Shown piece after piece: positions 29,456 through 41,001 of a DNA stretch of 64,000 nucleotides (the stretch's first letter is position 1; each line of letters begins with the position of its first letter). This DNA comes from Firmicutes bacterium CAG:449 (GTDB taxonomy: Bacteria > Bacillota_I > Bacilli_A > RFN20 > CAG-449): contig FR889447.1 in NCBI GenBank assembly GCA_000432895.1, positions 20,182-84,181 on the forward strand, written 5' to 3'. Under the pieces are notes generated by a model. It had not been told where the DNA came from. It searched no databases and was given only the letters and a program-made list of their open reading frames with translations. A program made the translations under genes and the position numbers.

Positions 29456-31468
29456 ATGAAACAAAACAAAAAAAATGGTAATTTCTTTTCGTTTATGCTA
29501 CCTTACTTATTAATTATTGGTGTTATTGTTGCTTTACTTGTTTCTTTTGGTGGATTTAATAGAGCAAAAGAAGGTGAAATTAATAGCACTAATATTTTGA
29601 TGGCTTTTAATGAAGAAGATACTAAAGATTCTAATTTTAAAGAAGAAAAATTAGAAAAATCAGCTTTGTATACTTATAATATTATTGCTTTAAATGTCAC
29701 CATTAAAACTACACCAGATATTATGATTTTATCTGGACAATATGAAAAAGAAGGAAAATATTATTCTTTTGGTGTAAATAATTTAAGTTGCAGTGCTTAT
29801 AATTACGCATTAAATTATATTTTAGAAAATCGTTTAAATGATCCAAATAATCTAGATAGTGGAAAATTTTATACAGATAAAATTCTAAATAGAATTGACC
29901 CTTATGAAAGTAATTTCTGGACAGATTATTTCCCAAGTATATTAATGTCAGGAATAGGGATTGTCTTAGTTATTTTCTTATTTTCAAGAATGAGTAATTC
30001 AATTTCTAAATCTAACAATTCAGCTTTAGATTTTAATCGTTCAAGAGCAAGAAGAGAAGATGCTTCTGGAGTTAAATTTGATGATGTAGCTGGATGTGAT
30101 GAATGTAAAGCTGAAATGGTTGAATTAGTTGATTATCTAAGAAAACCTGAAAAATATTCTAAATTTGGAGCTAAACTTCCAAAAGGTGTTCTTTTAGTTG
30201 GGCCACCAGGAACAGGTAAAACTTTGCTTGCCAAAGCTGTTGCTGGTGAAGCAAAAGTTCCTTTCTATTCTATTTCAGGATCAGACTTTGTTGAAATGTT
30301 CGTTGGTGTTGGTGCTGGTAGAGTTAGAGATATGTTCAAAAAAGCAAAACAAACTGCACCATGTTTAATCTTTATTGATGAAATTGATGCTGTTGGTCGT
30401 CAAAGAGGAACAGGTATGGGGGGAGGAAATGATGAAAGAGAACAAACCCTTAACCAATTACTTGTTGAAATGGATGGCTTTGCTGATAATGCTGGTATTA
30501 TTGTTATTGCGGCAACAAATAGAGATGATGTTCTTGATCCAGCTTTATTAAGAGCAGGACGTTTTGATAGAAAGATTACAGTTGATTTACCTGATAGAGA
30601 AGGTAGAGAAGCAATCTTAAAAGTTCATGCAAGAAACAAAATTATTGACCCAAGTGTTGATTTTAACGCTATTGCAAAAAGAACTGTTGGTTTCTCAGGT
30701 GCGGATTTAGCTAATATTCTTAATGAAGCAGCAATTCTTGCAGTTAGAGAAAATAAAGATAAAGTAACTGTTAGAGAAATTGATGAAGCTATTGATAGAA
30801 GAATTTCAGGACCAGCCAAATCATCTAAATCACTTTCTGATAGAGAAAAAGCAATGGTTGCTTTTCACGAAGCTGGACATGCAATTATTGGTATGAAAGT
30901 TCCTCATTCAGATAAAGTTCAAAAAGTTACTATTATTCCAAGAGGTAGAACTGGTGGTCATGTCTTGATGACTCCAGAAGAAGATCGCTTCTTAATGACT
31001 AAAGCTGAACTTGAAGCGCGTATTATTGGTTATTTAGGTGGAAGAGCTTCTGAAGAAGTTTTCTTTGATGATGTTTCTACTGGTGCATCTAACGATATTG
31101 AAGTAGCTACTAGAATTGCAAGAGCAATGGTTACTCAATATGGTATGTCTGATTTAGGTCCTATTCAATATGAATCCGATCAAGGTTCTGTATTCTTAGG
31201 AAGAGATTATACTTCCGCACAAAAGAATTTCTCTTCACAAGTAGCTAATGAAATTGATGCTGCAGTAAGAAATATTGTTGAATATGCTCATCAACAAGCA
31301 TTAGAAACAATTAAAACATATCGTAATAAAGTTACTTTAATTGCTAATGTTTTAATGGAAAAAGAAACAATTACTGCTGAAGAAATTGCTTACTTAATGG
31401 ATCATGATGAACTTCCAAAAGAAAACGAACAAACAGAAGAAGATAATTCATCTAAAGAAGAAAAATAA
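29456..31468 (+). CDS. ftsH: ATP-dependent zinc metalloprotease FtsH
   Basis: 670 aa. 2 TM. AAA Walker A GPPGTGKT and Walker B IIFIDEID. HEAGH zinc site. Acidic C-tail. Confidence 0.95.
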   Translation: MKQNKKNGNFFSFMLPYLLIIGVIVALLVSFGGFNRAKEGEINSTNILMAFNEEDTKDSNFKEEKLEKSALYTYNIIALNVTIKTTPDIMILSGQYEKEGKYYSFGVNNLSCSAYNYALNYILENRLNDPNNLDSGKFYTDKILNRIDPYESNFWTDYFPSILMSGIGIVLVIFLFSRMSNSISKSNNSALDFNRSRARREDASGVKFDDVAGCDECKAEMVELVDYLRKPEKYSKFGAKLPKGVLLVGPPGTGKTLLAKAVAGEAKVPFYSISGSDFVEMFVGVGAGRVRDMFKKAKQTAPCLIFIDEIDAVGRQRGTGMGGGNDEREQTLNQLLVEMDGFADNAGIIVIAATNRDDVLDPALLRAGRFDRKITVDLPDREGREAILKVHARNKIIDPSVDFNAIAKRTVGFSGADLANILNEAAILAVRENKDKVTVREIDEAIDRRISGPAKSSKSLSDREKAMVAFHEAGHAIIGMKVPHSDKVQKVTIIPRGRTGGHVLMTPEEDRFLMTKAELEARIIGYLGGRASEEVFFDDVSTGASNDIEVATRIARAMVTQYGMSDLGPIQYESDQGSVFLGRDYTSAQKNFSSQVANEIDAAVRNIVEYAHQQALETIKTYRNKVTLIANVLMEKETITAEEIAYLMDHDELPKENEQTEEDNSSKEEK

Positions 31469-31475
31469 ATTTATA

Positions 31476-31503
31476 GAGATAACGGAAACGTTATCTTTTT
31501 TTT
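31476..31503 (+). terminator. Intrinsic terminator of ftsH
   Basis: GAGATAACG-GAAA-CGTTATCTT followed by T8. Confidence 0.8.
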
Positions 31504-31666
31504 ACTAATGAAAAATTTGAATTATTAAGACTTACAACAAAAGCGATAACTGAAATTACTACACGTGATGATTGGAAGTAAATTTAATAATTATAAAAAA
31601 GTTAAAACATTAGTAAATATATTATTAAAATTAATAAACAAATTTTAAGTAAATTTTGCATTAACT

Positions 31667-31694
31667 TTGATAGACTTTTTCCTTAGATATATAA
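31667..31694 (+). promoter_or_regulatory. Candidate promoter (-35 TTGATA, 16 nt, -10 TATAAT) for the membrane phosphoesterase gene
   Basis: TTGATA at 31667-31672 and TATAAT at 31689-31694. Confidence 0.35.
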
Positions 31695-31719
31695 TTAAAT
31701 TATTAGGAGACTAACTATT

Positions 31720-33429
31720 ATGAAAAAAATTATAGAAACAACAGCAAAATACGCTAGTTTAATTATTGCTAGTTTTAATGCATTAATATTTTTTGCAATG
31801 AGAATTTGCTGGTCTGGTATTTCAAAAACATTGGGATATGAAAAAAATTATGCAAAAATTATTTTTGATTTACCAGTATTGGTGATGGTGTTATTTGTAA
31901 TTGTCGCAATATTATCAATTGTTAATTTTTTATTAAATAAGAAAAAACCAGTTTTATCTTATATTTTATTAGGAGTCAGCTTCCTTTTTCTTATTGTGAT
32001 TATAGCAATATTTATATTAGGAGCAATGGAATATAGTTTATACATATTTAGAAACTTTGCTAAATCATTAGGTTATCTTTTATTAATAGGAATTGCTATT
32101 TTCTTTATTTTCTTTTATCATAAAACACCTTTAAAAGATTCAAAACCTTTTAAAATAACTTTAATAAGTATTATTTCCTTAGCTAGTGTTTGTAGTTTAT
32201 TAAAAGTTACAATTAATTACATTACATATGAACCAGTTGTTTATGCTGTAGAAAATGAATATCAAATTGTTTTTTCTTCTTCAAGTAATTCTATGGGAAG
32301 TGTCAAAATTGGTGATAAAGAGTATTATGATTTGTTTTCTGGAAGTGAAAAATCTTTTACTAAAGTTCATAAAGTATGTGTTCCAATGTCTGAATTAAAT
32401 AATGCAAAAGAATATACTATCTCAGTTCAACATCCTATTTATCGTGGACCATTTGGTGCGCTTTTAGGAAGAGAAATTACTAAAACATATAGTTTTATTC
32501 CTTGTGATAAATCTGATGGAATTAAATATTTTACTATTAGTGATGTACATTTAAATTTTAAAAGAGCGGTTCAAACTGCTTCATATGTGGAAAATATGGA
32601 TTTTCTTGTTTTAGGTGGAGATTTAACTTCTTATGTACAAAATGAAGAAGATGCAAATTTTGCAAATAAGATTGCTTTTGCTATTACAAAAGGTGAAAAA
32701 CCTGTTATTTATACAAGAGGAAATCATGAAATTAAAGGTGAATATGCAGAACAATTATATAAGTATGTTGGATCTAAAGATCAAAAGTTTTTCTATACTT
32801 TTTATTTAGATGGTGTATATGGATTAAATCTTGATATAGGAGAAGATCATGATGATGATTGGTGGGAATATTATACCACTGCTCATTTTGATGAATATCG
32901 TAATGAACAATTATCTCTTCTTGATGAAGAATTATTAAAACAAGATTATTTATCTTATGACTATCGTTTATTAACATGCCATATTCCTTTGCCATTTGTA
33001 AATTATAGAAAAAATCATGAAGATTTTAAATCAAAAGCAGTTGCTAAATTAAATAATATGAAAATTGATATGCATGTTTCTGGACATCAACATCAATTAT
33101 ATGTTTTTGATCCAAACAAAGTTACTCCAAACACTAAATTAACTTATAATCCTGAATTCAAAAAAGGAACATATAATGGCTATTTATTAAACTTTAATTT
33201 CCCTTCTTTAATGGTTTCTAAAACTGGGTTTAATCAAAAAGATAGTAATTATTTAGTTAACGCTAAATCGATTATTGGATTAGAAACATATGTTGATTTA
33301 AATAATCATCAACAAATTTGTACATATAAAAACTCAAAAGGAGAAAAAGTAAATGTTGTTAATCCTTTTGCAAAAATCAATTATGGAGATAGTATAGAAA
33401 TCGATTTATTAACTAAAGAAATGAAATAA
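31720..33429 (+). CDS. Membrane-anchored calcineurin-like metallophosphoesterase
   Basis: N-terminal about 170 aa with 5 TM. C-domain with ISDVHLN, GGDLTSY, TRGNHE and GHQHQ motifs. Confidence 0.7.
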   Translation: MKKIIETTAKYASLIIASFNALIFFAMRICWSGISKTLGYEKNYAKIIFDLPVLVMVLFVIVAILSIVNFLLNKKKPVLSYILLGVSFLFLIVIIAIFILGAMEYSLYIFRNFAKSLGYLLLIGIAIFFIFFYHKTPLKDSKPFKITLISIISLASVCSLLKVTINYITYEPVVYAVENEYQIVFSSSSNSMGSVKIGDKEYYDLFSGSEKSFTKVHKVCVPMSELNNAKEYTISVQHPIYRGPFGALLGREITKTYSFIPCDKSDGIKYFTISDVHLNFKRAVQTASYVENMDFLVLGGDLTSYVQNEEDANFANKIAFAITKGEKPVIYTRGNHEIKGEYAEQLYKYVGSKDQKFFYTFYLDGVYGLNLDIGEDHDDDWWEYYTTAHFDEYRNEQLSLLDEELLKQDYLSYDYRLLTCHIPLPFVNYRKNHEDFKSKAVAKLNNMKIDMHVSGHQHQLYVFDPNKVTPNTKLTYNPEFKKGTYNGYLLNFNFPSLMVSKTGFNQKDSNYLVNAKSIIGLETYVDLNNHQQICTYKNSKGEKVNVVNPFAKINYGDSIEIDLLTKEMK

Positions 33430-33466
33430 ATTGACTGAATAAATAAAAAAATATATCATTCTTACT

Positions 33467-34432
33467 ATGAAACCGATTATTATATTAGCTCCTTTAGCGG
33501 GTTATACAAATATAGCTTATAGAACATTCATGAAACAATTTGGATGTGATTTAGTCGTATCTGAAATGATTTCAGATTTTGCTTTAATTTATCAAAATGA
33601 AGAAACATTTAAAATGATTGAAACAAGTAAAGAAGAACATCCAGTTGCTATACAATTATTTGGTGGTAGTAAAGATTCTTTATTAAAGGGTTTAGAAATT
33701 TTACAATTAAAAGCTAATTATGATTATTTAGATATTAATTTAGGGTGTCCAGTTAATAAAGTTATTAAAAATAATGCTGGTTCCAGTTGGCTAAAAAGAC
33801 AAAGAAATGAAGAATTATATGACACTATTTTTAATATTGTAAAAATGTCTAATAAAAAAGTTACTTGTAAGATACGTTTAGGATGGAATGAAGAAGAAAT
33901 TAATGTCGTGGAAACTTGTAAAACACTTGAAAAAGCGGGAGTTAGTTTGATTACTATTCATGGTCGTACAAGAAGTCAAATGTATTCAGGTAATGCTAAT
34001 TATGAATTAATAAAAAAAGCTAAAGAAGCGGTTAATATTCCTGTTATTGCTAATGGAGATATTAATACTTTAGAAAAAGCTATTGAAGTATTAGAGTACA
34101 CTAAATGTGATGGTATTGCTATAGGAAGAGGTTGCTTAGGAAATCCATTTTTAATTAAACAAATTAAAGAGTATTATACAAACAATGTTAAATTACCTTT
34201 ACCAAATATCGAAAAACAAATTGAATATTTAAAAGAACATTATCTTGCTTTAAAAAATTTTAAAGGTGAATATATTGCTTTACTAGAGATAAGAGGAATT
34301 GCTTCTTGGTATTTAAAAGGTTTTAAAAATGTTAAAGAATATAAAGTAAAATTAACACAAGTCAATTCAGAAAATGATTTTTTTAATTTATTAAAAGAAA
34401 TAATTAATAATAAAGAAATTGTTAGAAATTAA
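33467..34432 (+). CDS. dus: tRNA-dihydrouridine synthase
   Basis: MKPIIILAPLAGYTNIAYR..., a TIM-barrel FMN site, DINLGCP. Confidence 0.85.
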   Translation: MKPIIILAPLAGYTNIAYRTFMKQFGCDLVVSEMISDFALIYQNEETFKMIETSKEEHPVAIQLFGGSKDSLLKGLEILQLKANYDYLDINLGCPVNKVIKNNAGSSWLKRQRNEELYDTIFNIVKMSNKKVTCKIRLGWNEEEINVVETCKTLEKAGVSLITIHGRTRSQMYSGNANYELIKKAKEAVNIPVIANGDINTLEKAIEVLEYTKCDGIAIGRGCLGNPFLIKQIKEYYTNNVKLPLPNIEKQIEYLKEHYLALKNFKGEYIALLEIRGIASWYLKGFKNVKEYKVKLTQVNSENDFFNLLKEIINNKEIVRN

Positions 34433-34518
34433 CAACTTGATAATTACTTGTTTATTTTGCTAAATCATAGTATTATTTTTTGTAAGGAAGTACTTAAATT
34501 TTTAAGGAAAATTTTTTT

Positions 34519-36075
34519 ATGAAAAAAGTATTAATAATTGGTGCAGGCCCTGCTGGACTTACAGCAGCATATCAACTTTTAAAAAGTAAACAAGAAGTAG
34601 AGGTAACAATTCTTGAAGGTAGCGATGTTATAGGTGGAATCTCTAGAACTTTTAATTATAAAGGTAATAGAATGGATATTGGTGGACATCGTTTCTTTTC
34701 TAAAGATGAAAGAGTTACTTCTTTATGGAATGAAATAATGCCAATGCAAGGTAAGTTAGCAAAAGATGATATTATTTTACATAATAATAAAAAACTAGCG
34801 GAAAATGGCCCTGATCCTGAAATAGAAGATCGAGTAATGTTACTTAGAAGAAGAGTTTCAAGAATCTTCTTTTTAAGAAAGTTTTTTGATTATCCAATTT
34901 CTATGAAATTTGAAACTTTTAAAAATATGGGTTTTAAAAATACTTGGAAAGCAGGATGGGGATATATTGGTTCTAGCATTCATAAAAGAAAAGAAACTAA
35001 CTTAGAAAACTTTTATATTAATCGTTTTGGTAAACCTTTATATGAAATGTTTTTTGAAGATTATACAACAAAGGTATGGGGAATTTCACCAAAAGAAATT
35101 TCTGCAGATTGGGGTGCTCAAAGAGTTAAAGGACTATCTTTATCTAAAGCAATAGGAGAAATTTTAGCTAAACCATTTAAGAAATTGTTTCATAGTAAAA
35201 AAGTTGAAACTTCTTTAATTGAAGAATTTTCTTATCCAAAATATGGACCAGGACAATTATATGAAGCGATGGCGGATGATATAGTTAAAATGGGTGGAAA
35301 AATATTATTTAATGAAGAAGTAATTCATATTAATGTTAATGATCGTCATATTGAATCAATTCAAACAAAAAATAATACTTATCAAGCTGATTATTACATT
35401 TCTTCGATGCCAATTAAAGATTTGTATTTATCATTTTCTTCTTATGATAAAGAAGCTTATGAAGTAGCAAGTAATTTATTGTATCGTGATTTTATTACTG
35501 TGGGTTTATTACTTCCAAAATTAAAAATTAAAAATCAAACTAAAATAAAAACTGTTTCTAATATTGTTCCTGATTGTTGGATTTATATTCAAGAAAGAGA
35601 TGTTAAAGTTGGAAGATTACAAATTTTTAATAATTGGTCACCATATATGGTAAAAGATTTAGAAAATACAATTTTTGTTGGGTTAGAATATTTTGTTAAT
35701 GAAAATGATGACATGTGGAATATGTCTGACCATGATTTTATTGAATTTGCTAAAGATGAATTAGCAAAAATAGATATCATTGATAAAAATGATGTTATGG
35801 ATGCATGTAGATTAAATGTTAAAAAAGCATATCCAGCGTATTTTGGTAGTTATATAAATTTTGATAAAGTAAGCAATGATTTAAAATTATTTGATAATTT
35901 ATTATGTGTTGGTAGAAATGGACAACATCGTTATAATAATATGGATCATTCCATGGTAACTGCCATGATTGCTTCAGAAATTATTTTATCTAATAAATAT
36001 ACTCAAGAAGATTTATGGAATGTTAATACAGAAAAATCTTATCATGAAGAGGATAAAAAAGAATGCAAAAAATAA
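34519..36075 (+). CDS. FAD/NAD(P)-binding oxidoreductase, UDP-galactopyranose-mutase / amine-oxidase-like
   Basis: Rossmann GxGxx[22 protein letters not shown]-terminal [15 protein letters not shown] resembles the Glf VGRLGTYRYLDMD motif. Confidence 0.55.
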   Translation: MKKVLIIGAGPAGLTAAYQLLKSKQEVEVTILEGSDVIGGISRTFNYKGNRMDIGGHRFFSKDERVTSLWNEIMPMQGKLAKDDIILHNNKKLAENGPDPEIEDRVMLLRRRVSRIFFLRKFFDYPISMKFETFKNMGFKNTWKAGWGYIGSSIHKRKETNLENFYINRFGKPLYEMFFEDYTTKVWGISPKEISADWGAQRVKGLSLSKAIGEILAKPFKKLFHSKKVETSLIEEFSYPKYGPGQLYEAMADDIVKMGGKILFNEEVIHINVNDRHIESIQTKNNTYQADYYISSMPIKDLYLSFSSYDKEAYEVASNLLYRDFITVGLLLPKLKIKNQTKIKTVSNIVPDCWIYIQERDVKVGRLQIFNNWSPYMVKDLENTIFVGLEYFVNENDDMWNMSDHDFIEFAKDELAKIDIIDKNDVMDACRLNVKKAYPAYFGSYINFDKVSNDLKLFDNLLCVGRNGQHRYNNMDHSMVTAMIASEIILSNKYTQEDLWNVNTEKSYHEEDKKECKK

Positions 36076-37604
36076 TGAATTTCTTTTCTAAGCATCAAGT
36101 AATTAAATCTATTTTAAAATGGGTTTTATTATATATTGTTATTTGGATTTTATATGATGTTTTATATAAATTAGGTCGTAGTCCTAATGATAATTTACAA
36201 ACTATTAGAACAATGATGGTTGTGCCGATTGTTTATGCTCTAGGTAAAGGTTGTTATTTGTATGGTAAAAAAGAATTAGATGAAGAAAAATTAGCAACTT
36301 TACTTTTAATTATAGGATTTACTTTAAGAATTGGATATGCCTTTTATACAGGTAGTAGTACTCGTCAACATGATGTTGAAATGTATAATAATGGTAATTT
36401 AAATCTTTCTGGACAAGGTCATTTTTCTTATACATATATTATTTATAGTACAGGAATGCTTCCTCAAGAAATGAGATGGCAATTTTACCATCCTCCTCTT
36501 TGGCATAGTTTATGTGCTTTATTTATGCATATATATGAATTTTTTGAAGGAACTAATGATGTAGCTACTTTATATAACGCTAATATGATTTTATCTTCTT
36601 TTGTAGGATGCTTAACATTGTATTACATTAAAAAAATTATCTTTTATTTTTCAGAGAATAAATATTATCGAATTATTGCTTTATTACTTTTGGCTTTTCA
36701 TCCACAATTTTTTATTATGGCAGGATGGATGAATAATGAAGGATTATCATTTATGTTTATGATAATGTCTTTCTATTATGGATTATTGTTTAATCAAAAT
36801 AGAAAATGGCTAGATATTATTTTATGCGGAGTATCTTTAGGACTTGCTGCGATGAGTAAAGTTTCAGCCGCTTTAATATGTGCACCTTTATTAATGATTT
36901 TTATCTATGATTTTGTTAAAGATGTCAAAAACAAAACTTATAAGAAAACTCTTTTACAAGGTTTAACTTTTATTGGGATTGTTGCCCCTTTATCTTTGTG
37001 GTTTATTGTTAGAAATATTGTTAAATTTGGAATTACTAGTGTTGGTGTTCCTGGAATGAATCCATATAAATCATCATTAGGAGTAGTTTCTTATTCATTA
37101 TGGCAAAGATTTGGTATTCCTAATATATTTAATTTAAATGAAGGGTTATGGTGTATTCTCCGACCAAACAATAATAATTATTTAGATTATAATGTTTGGT
37201 TATATACTTTTAAATGTTCTGTGTTTGGTGAGTATTCATTTTGGCAAGGAGAAATATTTGCTTATATGCTTTTAATTACAAATATCTTAGTAATTATTTT
37301 TGCTTTATATTGTATGATTTATGTTTTAATCAAAAATATTAAATCTTTTAATAATATATTAATGTTATTAACTTATATTATAACCATTATTTCATATATT
37401 GCTTTCCAAATAATTTATCCATTAACCTGCACACAAGATTTTCGTTATATGACATTAGTTTTAATTCCTAGTGCATATTTTGTTGGGCAATATTTTTCTT
37501 TAGAAAATAAAAATAAAATAACTATAAAATTTAAATATTTATCTTTGGCGCTTATTTTTAGTTTTTGTTTATCATCAGTTCTATTTTATATTTCTTGTCG
37601 ATAA
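36063..37604 (+). CDS. Polytopic (about 12 TM) membrane protein, GT-C fold glycosyltransferase-like (PMT/ArnT-type), function unverified
   Basis: 513 aa and very hydrophobic with large loops. 13-nt overlap with the upstream oxidoreductase gene. Confidence 0.35.
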   Translation: MQKIMNFFSKHQVIKSILKWVLLYIVIWILYDVLYKLGRSPNDNLQTIRTMMVVPIVYALGKGCYLYGKKELDEEKLATLLLIIGFTLRIGYAFYTGSSTRQHDVEMYNNGNLNLSGQGHFSYTYIIYSTGMLPQEMRWQFYHPPLWHSLCALFMHIYEFFEGTNDVATLYNANMILSSFVGCLTLYYIKKIIFYFSENKYYRIIALLLLAFHPQFFIMAGWMNNEGLSFMFMIMSFYYGLLFNQNRKWLDIILCGVSLGLAAMSKVSAALICAPLLMIFIYDFVKDVKNKTYKKTLLQGLTFIGIVAPLSLWFIVRNIVKFGITSVGVPGMNPYKSSLGVVSYSLWQRFGIPNIFNLNEGLWCILRPNNNNYLDYNVWLYTFKCSVFGEYSFWQGEIFAYMLLITNILVIIFALYCMIYVLIKNIKSFNNILMLLTYIITIISYIAFQIIYPLTCTQDFRYMTLVLIPSAYFVGQYFSLENKNKITIKFKYLSLALIFSFCLSSVLFYISCR

Positions 37605-38372
37605 ACGCATTTGTTTAGGTGAGTAGTAATACTTTTTTTTAAACATTTTATTAAAATATGATTGGTTATTAAAACCAACTGAATAAGCAATTTGAGAAAT
37701 TGTCATATTAGAAACATTAATTAAATTATAGGCTTCTTCTAATTGCTTATTTAATTTATATTCAATAATTGTCATATTGGTTTCTTTTTTAAATTGATGT
37801 GAAATAGAAGATACGGAAGTAGAAAAACGACTTGCAATATCTTTTAATTTAATATTCAAAGAAAAATTATTATCAATGACATATTTAATATTACTAATTA
37901 AATCTGATTCACTATTAGAAGAAGTGTTAATTAATAAATTCATATTTCTTTCTAAATAAATTAAAATATTATCTAGACAATTATTAATTATAAGATCATA
38001 TTTTTCTTTTTTTGATAAGGCTTCGTTATAAATAGTTTCATATAAATAATAAAAATTAGAATCATTTTTAGTAATGATTTTTTTTGTGAATTTTTCTTTT
38101 GAAAAAATTTCCATTTTATTTAAACCAATAGCAAAAAATGATAGATGTTTATTACTTGTTTCTTGATGGTTAGAATTAGGATTAATAAAAACTAAATCCT
38201 CCTTTTTAACAGGTATTTTTTTGTTTGTTGTTTCAATAAAGCCATCACCATCAATAATATAAAGAATCTCTAAATTAGGATGAGAATGTAAAGTGGCTTT
38301 ATAATTTTTGTTTATTTCTGTTTTTGAAATATAGATTAAGCTACTAATATTTAATGGAATTCTTTGATGCAT
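37581..38372 (-). CDS. AraC/XylS-family transcriptional regulator (RhaR/RhaS-like) with N-terminal cupin sugar-binding domain
   Basis: C-terminal double HTH (ISQIAYSVGFNNQSYFNKMFKK). N-terminal cupin. Divergent from rhaBAD. Confidence 0.8.
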   Translation of the reverse strand: MHQRIPLNISSLIYISKTEINKNYKATLHSHPNLEILYIIDGDGFIETTNKKIPVKKEDLVFINPNSNHQETSNKHLSFFAIGLNKMEIFSKEKFTKKIITKNDSNFYYLYETIYNEALSKKEKYDLIINNCLDNILIYLERNMNLLINTSSNSESDLISNIKYVIDNNFSLNIKLKDIASRFSTSVSSISHQFKKETNMTIIEYKLNKQLEEAYNLINVSNMTISQIAYSVGFNNQSYFNKMFKKKYYYSPKQMRLSTRNIK

Positions 38373-38460
38373 AAATTAATAATACAATATAATTGTATCA
38401 TTTTGCAAGATAGTTATATAAAAGAAAGATAGATAATTTAAAATATAATTAGGTGAAACA

Positions 38461-39777
38461 ATGAAATATTATTTAGCAATTGATATAGGTGCTTCCAGTG
38501 GAAGACATATTATTGGACATTATGAAAATGAACAATTAATTTTAGAAGAAATCTATCGCTTTCCTAATGGTGTTATAAATCAAAATAATCATTTAATTTG
38601 GGATATTGATAATTTATTTTTAAATATTAAAAAAGGAATTAAATTATGTTTAGAAAAATATTCTCAGATTGAATCTTTAGCTATTGATACATGGGGATGT
38701 GATTATGTTTTGATGAATAAAAATCAAGTAATTTATCCATGTTATGCTTATCGAGATAATAGAACTAATTCTATTATTGATGAAGTACATAAAAAAATTC
38801 CTTTTGAAAAACTTTACAATATAAGCGGTTCACAATTTCAAAATTTTAATACCATTTATCAATTATATGAAGATAAAGTAAGTGGAAGATTAAAAAAGGC
38901 CGATTCATTTTTAATGATTCCAGAATATTTAACTTATAAATTAACGGGAATTAAAATGAAAGAATTTACTAATGCTGGTACAACTGGCTTATATGATATA
39001 AACACATTAAAAGTTTCTCAAGAAATTGTCGATAAATTACAATTTCCTGAATTTGTTAAAGAAAAAGTTTATAAGCCATCTACATTAGTAGGTGATTTAA
39101 AAGAAGATATTATTCAAGAAGTAGGTGGCAATATTAAAGTAAAATTATGTTGTTCTCATGATACTGCATCGGCTATTGAATGTTTAAAAATGGATGATGA
39201 AATTTATATTTCAAGTGGAACTTGGTCATTACTTGGAATAAAAACAAAAACACCTATTACTACTTTAAAAGCTCAACAAGCTAATTATTCAAATGAATTT
39301 GGTCCTAATTATATTAGATTTCAAAAAAACATTATGGGGTTATGGATTATTCAAAATTTAGCTAAAGAATTATCTTTATCTTTTACTGATATGGTTAGTT
39401 TGGCTTCGTCAAGTAAATATAATGAATTAATTGATGTTAATGATGAATGTTTTAAAGCGCCTAAAGATATGAAAAAAGAAATTATTTCATATTTAAGTAA
39501 CCGCAAAATGATCTTACCAAAAAATAATGCTGATTTAATTAACTTAGTATACCATTCTTTAGCGTTTTCTTATCAGCAAGCAATCGAAGAATTAGAAGAA
39601 ATTACTAATAAAAAATTTAAAAAAATTTATATTGTTGGAGGTGGGGCTAAAAACAAATATTTAAATGAATTAACTAAATTTTATACACAAAAAGAAGTTA
39701 TTGCTTTACCAATAGAAGCAACTTCAATAGGTAATTTAATGATGCAAATGGAGGAAAAAAATGAATCAAGAAGTTAA
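38461..39777 (+). CDS. rhaB: Rhamnulokinase
   Basis: AIDIGASSGRHIIGHY..., IDTWGCDYVLMN, AYRDNRTN. Collinear with E. coli RhaB. Confidence 0.9.
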   Translation: MKYYLAIDIGASSGRHIIGHYENEQLILEEIYRFPNGVINQNNHLIWDIDNLFLNIKKGIKLCLEKYSQIESLAIDTWGCDYVLMNKNQVIYPCYAYRDNRTNSIIDEVHKKIPFEKLYNISGSQFQNFNTIYQLYEDKVSGRLKKADSFLMIPEYLTYKLTGIKMKEFTNAGTTGLYDINTLKVSQEIVDKLQFPEFVKEKVYKPSTLVGDLKEDIIQEVGGNIKVKLCCSHDTASAIECLKMDDEIYISSGTWSLLGIKTKTPITTLKAQQANYSNEFGPNYIRFQKNIMGLWIIQNLAKELSLSFTDMVSLASSSKYNELIDVNDECFKAPKDMKKEIISYLSNRKMILPKNNADLINLVYHSLAFSYQQAIEELEEITNKKFKKIYIVGGGAKNKYLNELTKFYTQKEVIALPIEATSIGNLMMQMEEKNESRS

Positions 39778-40996
39778 AAACAAATTTTTAAAATATGGTG
39801 TAGATGTTGATGTCGCTCTACAAAAAATGAAAGAAGTCGTAGTGTCTATACATTGCTGGCAACTTGATGATGTGCAAGGTTTTGAAAATGATGGACCATT
39901 AACAGGTGGAATTCAATCAACCGGTAATCATCCTGGAAAAGCTAGAAACTTTAAAGAATTAACTAGTGATTTAAAAGAAGCATTAAAATATATTCCAGGA
40001 AAAAAGAAAATTAATTTACATGCCATTTATCAAGCTGGTGAAAAAATAGTTGATCGTAGTGAAGTGGGAATTAATGAATTTACTAAATGGGTAGATTTTG
40101 CTAAAGAAAACAATTTAGGCCTTGATTATAATCCAACTTTATTCTCTTCTAATATGGTTAAAAATGGTTTAACTTTGTCTTCTCCTGAAGAAGAAGTAAG
40201 AAAATATTGGATTAAACATGTTATTAATTCTTTAAAGATAACTGAATATTTTGGAAAAGAATTACATCAAAAAGCTTTATGTAATATTTGGATTCCTGAT
40301 GGATTAAAAGATGTTCCTGCCGATAGAATTGGACCAAGACAAAGATTAAAAGAGTCTTTAGATGAAATCTTAAAATATGATTATAACAAAGACTATATGG
40401 ATGTTTCAGTTGAATCTAAAGTCTTTGGTATAGGGGTAGAATCATACACTACTGGTTCTCATGAGTTTTATTTATCTTATGCGATGAAAAATAATATTTT
40501 ATGTTTACTTGATACTGGGCATTTCCATCCAACTGAAAATGTTGCAGATAAAATTAGTTCTTTATTATTATTTTCACCTAAATTAGCTTTACATGTTTCT
40601 CGACCAGTAAGATGGGATTCAGATCACGTTTTAAAACTAAATGATGATCTTCAAGAAGTAGCAAATGAACTTGTTAAATGTGATGCTTTAAATAGAACAT
40701 ATATTGGTTTAGACTATTTTGATGGCTCTTTAAATAGAGTGGCTTCAATTGTTATAGGATCAAGAAATATGTATAAAGCCATTTTGAAAGCTTTATTAAC
40801 ACCTTGGAAATATATGAAAAAATTACAAGATAGTTATGATTTTACGACTTTACTAGTATTACAAGAAGAAATTAAAGATTTACCTTATTACGAAGTTTGG
40901 AAAGAATTTTGTAAACAAGAAAATGTCATTTCAGATGAAAAATGGTATAACAAAGTAAAAAAATATGAAGAAAAAATAATTAAAGTTAGAGGTTAA
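39761..40996 (+). CDS. rhaA: L-rhamnose isomerase
   Basis: VSIHCWQLDDVQGFEN...TGGIQSTGNHPGKARN...INLHAIY almost motif-for-motif identical to E. coli RhaA. Confidence 0.95.
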   Translation: MNQEVKNKFLKYGVDVDVALQKMKEVVVSIHCWQLDDVQGFENDGPLTGGIQSTGNHPGKARNFKELTSDLKEALKYIPGKKKINLHAIYQAGEKIVDRSEVGINEFTKWVDFAKENNLGLDYNPTLFSSNMVKNGLTLSSPEEEVRKYWIKHVINSLKITEYFGKELHQKALCNIWIPDGLKDVPADRIGPRQRLKESLDEILKYDYNKDYMDVSVESKVFGIGVESYTTGSHEFYLSYAMKNNILCLLDTGHFHPTENVADKISSLLLFSPKLALHVSRPVRWDSDHVLKLNDDLQEVANELVKCDALNRTYIGLDYFDGSLNRVASIVIGSRNMYKAILKALLTPWKYMKKLQDSYDFTTLLVLQEEIKDLPYYEVWKEFCKQENVISDEKWYNKVKKYEEKIIKVRG

Positions 40997-41001
40997 TTAA
41001 A

